From Acidobacteriota bacterium (GTDB lineage: Bacteria > Acidobacteriota > UBA890 > WLXD01): a stretch of DNA of 64,000 nucleotides. The notes beneath the pieces are model-generated. The model had not been told where the DNA came from. It was given only the letters and a program-made list of their open reading frames with translations, and searched no databases. Made by a program: the position numbers and the translations under genes. Positions within the stretch are counted from its first letter, which is position 1. Each line of letters starts with the position of its first letter. Location: the NCBI GenBank assembly GCA_963666215.2, contig CAXWPL010000005.1, positions 1,056,001 to 1,120,000 on the forward strand. Direction: 5' to 3'. Below are positions 61,154 through 64,000 of the stretch, piece by piece.

Positions 61154-62617
61154 ATGTTGCAGCCGCCAACCAGCCGCTCCAGTCGTTTCGCCGGTTCCGT
61201 TTTTTCAGCCGTCGCTCTGCTCCTGGTCACCGCCGCAAGCACAGGAGTCGCTGCCGCGCCGCAGCAGGAGATGGTTTTCAAGCTCGCCACGGAACGGTCG
61301 ATGTCGATCGACGGCGCGGTCAGCGCCCGCACGACGATCTACGACGAGGTTCAGCGGCGCTGGGTGCCGCTGCAAGAAGCCACGCATAACCCGTTCGCTG
61401 CGGCTCCTGGTGCTGAGCTGATCCGAGCCTCGGCCGACGAGCTCCCCTACCAGCGGCTGCTGGTCCAGCAAACCGTGCGCACGCAGAAAGCGGGGCAGCG
61501 AGCACAGCGGTGGACCCCGCTGCTCAAGTCTTGGCTGCCCTGGATCACCACGACCATGAACCGCTACTTCGACCGGCGGCGCGGTAACCCCCGCATCCCG
61601 CAGATGGACGGGCCTCAGGGGAACAAGCAGGTCGCCTGGAAGCAGCTGGCCGTGGGTAGGGAGAAGGAGGAAAGCGACCAGATGAACTTCAACGGCCGCC
61701 ACGACCTCACCCTGCTCAACAACAACGACAACATGTTCGGCCGTGGCACCGCAGAAGTTCCGAATCCGGTTGTCAGCGGCGTTCGACTCGACACCATCTC
61801 ATGCGTCATCAACCAGGGAACGGGGATCGAATGCGAGCGCCGCAACACCGAGGGTGACGTCCACTTCGCCACGCGCCAGATACTGGCAAACGGCTCGGTC
61901 TGGCCCGGGTTCTTCGAGGATCTCACGATCAACCGGCGGCGCGTCTTCTTGCTGTCGCAGCTGCTGTTCATCGTCGGGCACGACCCCGACCTGTGGGTGC
62001 ACGACTACAACGGCTAGGGGACCATCAAGCCCAAGGCACTCGCCAACGTGAACAGCAACACCAACAAGGAGCGTGTCGCGCGCGACAAGCTCCTCAACCT
62101 CGCCACACCAACCGAGCCGGCACCGCGAAGCGCCTCCGTGGCCCCGCGGATGGTGCCCAAGGCCAACTCGCTCTTCAATTTGGCGAAAGGGCGGCCCACG
62201 TTCGACCCCACAAAGTCTTTCCGAAGCAACGCCTTCGCCCAGGAGGCTTGGATCGCGACCGACCTCAAGGGACCGAGCTCGAAGCAGAAAATGACCATGG
62301 TGATCAGCGACGCCCGGCCTGCCGGCACCGCCCCACAAGCGGGCCAGACCATCGTCACCGTGCGCGGCTTCTCGGTCGACCGCGACATCTCGCTGTCGGA
62401 CGGGAGAGATGCGACGCGCGACTACCTGGCCTCCAACCTGGCCGTCGGCGACCTCGACGACTGGAACACCATCGCCGCCTGGGTGCGGCGCAACGGCACC
62501 CCGTCGGCCGGTTTCGATCGCGTGCTCCAGGTCTTCATCAAGGTGACCGGCCGCGATGCGAACGGCGCCAAGAAGTCGGTGAGGCGCAAGTACCGACTGG
62601 GCATCGACAACCCCTAG
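61154..62617 (+). CDS. Exported hypothetical protein with in-frame TAG at 62015-62017
   Basis: AAGGA RBS, signal peptide. ORFs 61154..62017 and 62048..62617 share a frame with coding-like linker GTIKPKALAN; 487 aa if read through. Confidence 0.6.
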
Positions 62618-62647
62618 CCGGGAAGCAACCGCGACGCGCCGGTGCTC

Positions 62648-64000
62648 CTACCGCACCAGGTGCAGCTCCGTCTGACGGCGCAGCATCCAACGCATCTCGC
62701 CATCGGCGGTAATCTCGGCCTCCTCCTCCATCATCATGCGCACCGGCTGGTTGTCCCATTCGGCCACCGGCGTGGTGGCCTGCAGCTCGGTGGAGAACCA
62801 CATGCTGGGAAGAACGGGCACGTCGCCGCGACCCGGAACACCCTCCTGGTAATCCCACAGGCCGATCAGGGGACCGGCGCCGTGACCGTGGTCGCCAATC
62901 GGGTGGGTGTACATCGTCCCGTCGATGCCCTCGGCGTTCATCTTTTCGAGTACGGCGTAGAGAACCTCGTTGCCGGACATGCCCACCTTGGTCGCCTCGA
63001 GGAGGATGTCCTGGAAGCGTTGGGAGTTCGCTAGGGCGTGCTTGAGGCCATCGGGGGCGTCGGTCTCGCCTTCGCGCAGCACATACCCCATGTGCTGGGT
63101 GTCGGTGGCCATGCCCATGGCGACGATGCCAAAGTCGCAGTGCAGCACATCGCCGCGCTGGATGACCGGTGAGCCATCGTGCTCGGCGCCGCCGGTGCCA
63201 ACCTCGCTGTCGGTAACACCGCGACGCTGGATGCTCACAGAAGGCTGGAACCAGGTGCCGAGGCCCATATCGTTGACCCTCTGGCGCATCCACCACACAA
63301 CGTCTGCCGTGGTCGTCTCGCCCGGTTCGATGACGAGATTCGAGAAGGCGGCCGAAATGACCTCGTGGACAATCGCCTGCAGGCGACGATAGGCCGGCGT
63401 CATCGAGGGCACTCGCGTGGCCAGGTAGTCGATCGCTAGCCGCCCGTTGCGCACCACCCGGCCGGCGTACTCCGGACCGAGCGCTTCTCGCATCTGCTCC
63501 CACTCCCCCGCCGTCAGGCCGTCCGAGAAGTTGTGCTCCTGGTCGATATTGACGGCGATGGCCCGCGGATCGCGCTCGCGCACGAGCTCGCCGAACAGAC
63601 GCCATTGGCCGGAGCCCCACAATTCGGCCTGCACGTCGTCGCGGTCGGTGGCCGCGCTCGATCGGTAGGCCTCGTACAAGCCCCCCTGTGACGTTCCGCC
63701 GAGTGCCACGCGCTCTACGCCGGCATCGGCACCACGGTCGAAGAAAACGTAGATCGTGCGCCGGCGTGCCGCGAAGGTCGTGGGCGAAACCAGGGCGCGG
63801 AAAACCGGATCCTCGTTGTACTCGCGCATCGACAGAACCCACATGTCGACACCGTGCGCGCGCATGATCTTCGGCAGGTTGACCTCGAGCCGCTCGCGCA
63901 GCCATTCCTGCTGGATCGCCGCCTGCTCGCGCAAGGTGCCGAACAGGCGATTGGAGTGGTAGACGCCGGTCTGCTGGGCAGCTGCCCGGGGAGGCATGAG
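62648..64000 (-). CDS. M24 family Xaa-Pro aminopeptidase-like protein (5' end outside window)
   Basis: HCDFG, TDTQH, THPIGDHGHGAG, STELQ and MEEE metal ligands. Confidence 0.85.
   Translation of the reverse strand, partial: LMPPRAAAQQTGVYHSNRLFGTLREQAAIQQEWLRERLEVNLPKIMRAHGVDMWVLSMREYNEDPVFRALVSPTTFAARRRTIYVFFDRGADAGVERVALGGTSQGGLYEAYRSSAATDRDDVQAELWGSGQWRLFGELVRERDPRAIAVNIDQEHNFSDGLTAGEWEQMREALGPEYAGRVVRNGRLAIDYLATRVPSMTPAYRRLQAIVHEVISAAFSNLVIEPGETTTADVVWWMRQRVNDMGLGTWFQPSVSIQRRGVTDSEVGTGGAEHDGSPVIQRGDVLHCDFGIVAMGMATDTQHMGYVLREGETDAPDGLKHALANSQRFQDILLEATKVGMSGNEVLYAVLEKMNAEGIDGTMYTHPIGDHGHGAGPLIGLWDYQEGVPGRGDVPVLPSMWFSTELQATTPVAEWDNQPVRMMMEEEAEITADGEMRWMLRRQTELHLVR

Noticed and set aside
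43688-62017. Genome-wide TAG reassignment or pyrrolysine
   Set aside because: Most intact genes, including acnA and ggt, end at TAG at their expected C-termini; no pyl genes are in the window.

Overview
GC-rich chromosomal window, most likely from an Acidobacteriota genome. The evidence is a PadR gene overlapping an ADOP-type duplicated permease, plus many exported S9/M24/GGT/BNR-repeat hydrolases. It carries about 40 ordinary-to-accessory genes: VIT-vWA protein, SurE, a MerA-like flavoprotein with TVP38, LigD, desaturase, SCO with a cytochrome c-PCu(A)C fusion, a surface-glycan cluster, acnA, alpha-2-macroglobulin, DAACS transporters and an ECF/anti-sigma/Spy module. Two complete IS elements are present (IS256 splitting a PAP2 gene; IS481 in a CTAG target). 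I saw no rRNA, tRNA or CRISPR array. Beyond the gene list, three things stand out. (1) A tandem pair of long, covarying stem-loops with an invariant core lies at 18904-19070, with a complementary echo at 19240-19273; this is a candidate unknown structured RNA or repeat. (2) Two, possibly three, in-frame amber codons all sit in a C-TAG-G context, one in the probable bait region of the alpha-2-macroglobulin. (3) There is pervasive damage: four apparent deletion junctions, one making an in-frame DAACS-GNAT chimera and one removing the 5' end of ligD, plus three single-base homopolymer frameshifts. Part of this damage could be long-read or assembly artefact, which the sequence alone cannot settle. 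All product calls come from motif recognition by eye; no database searches were run.
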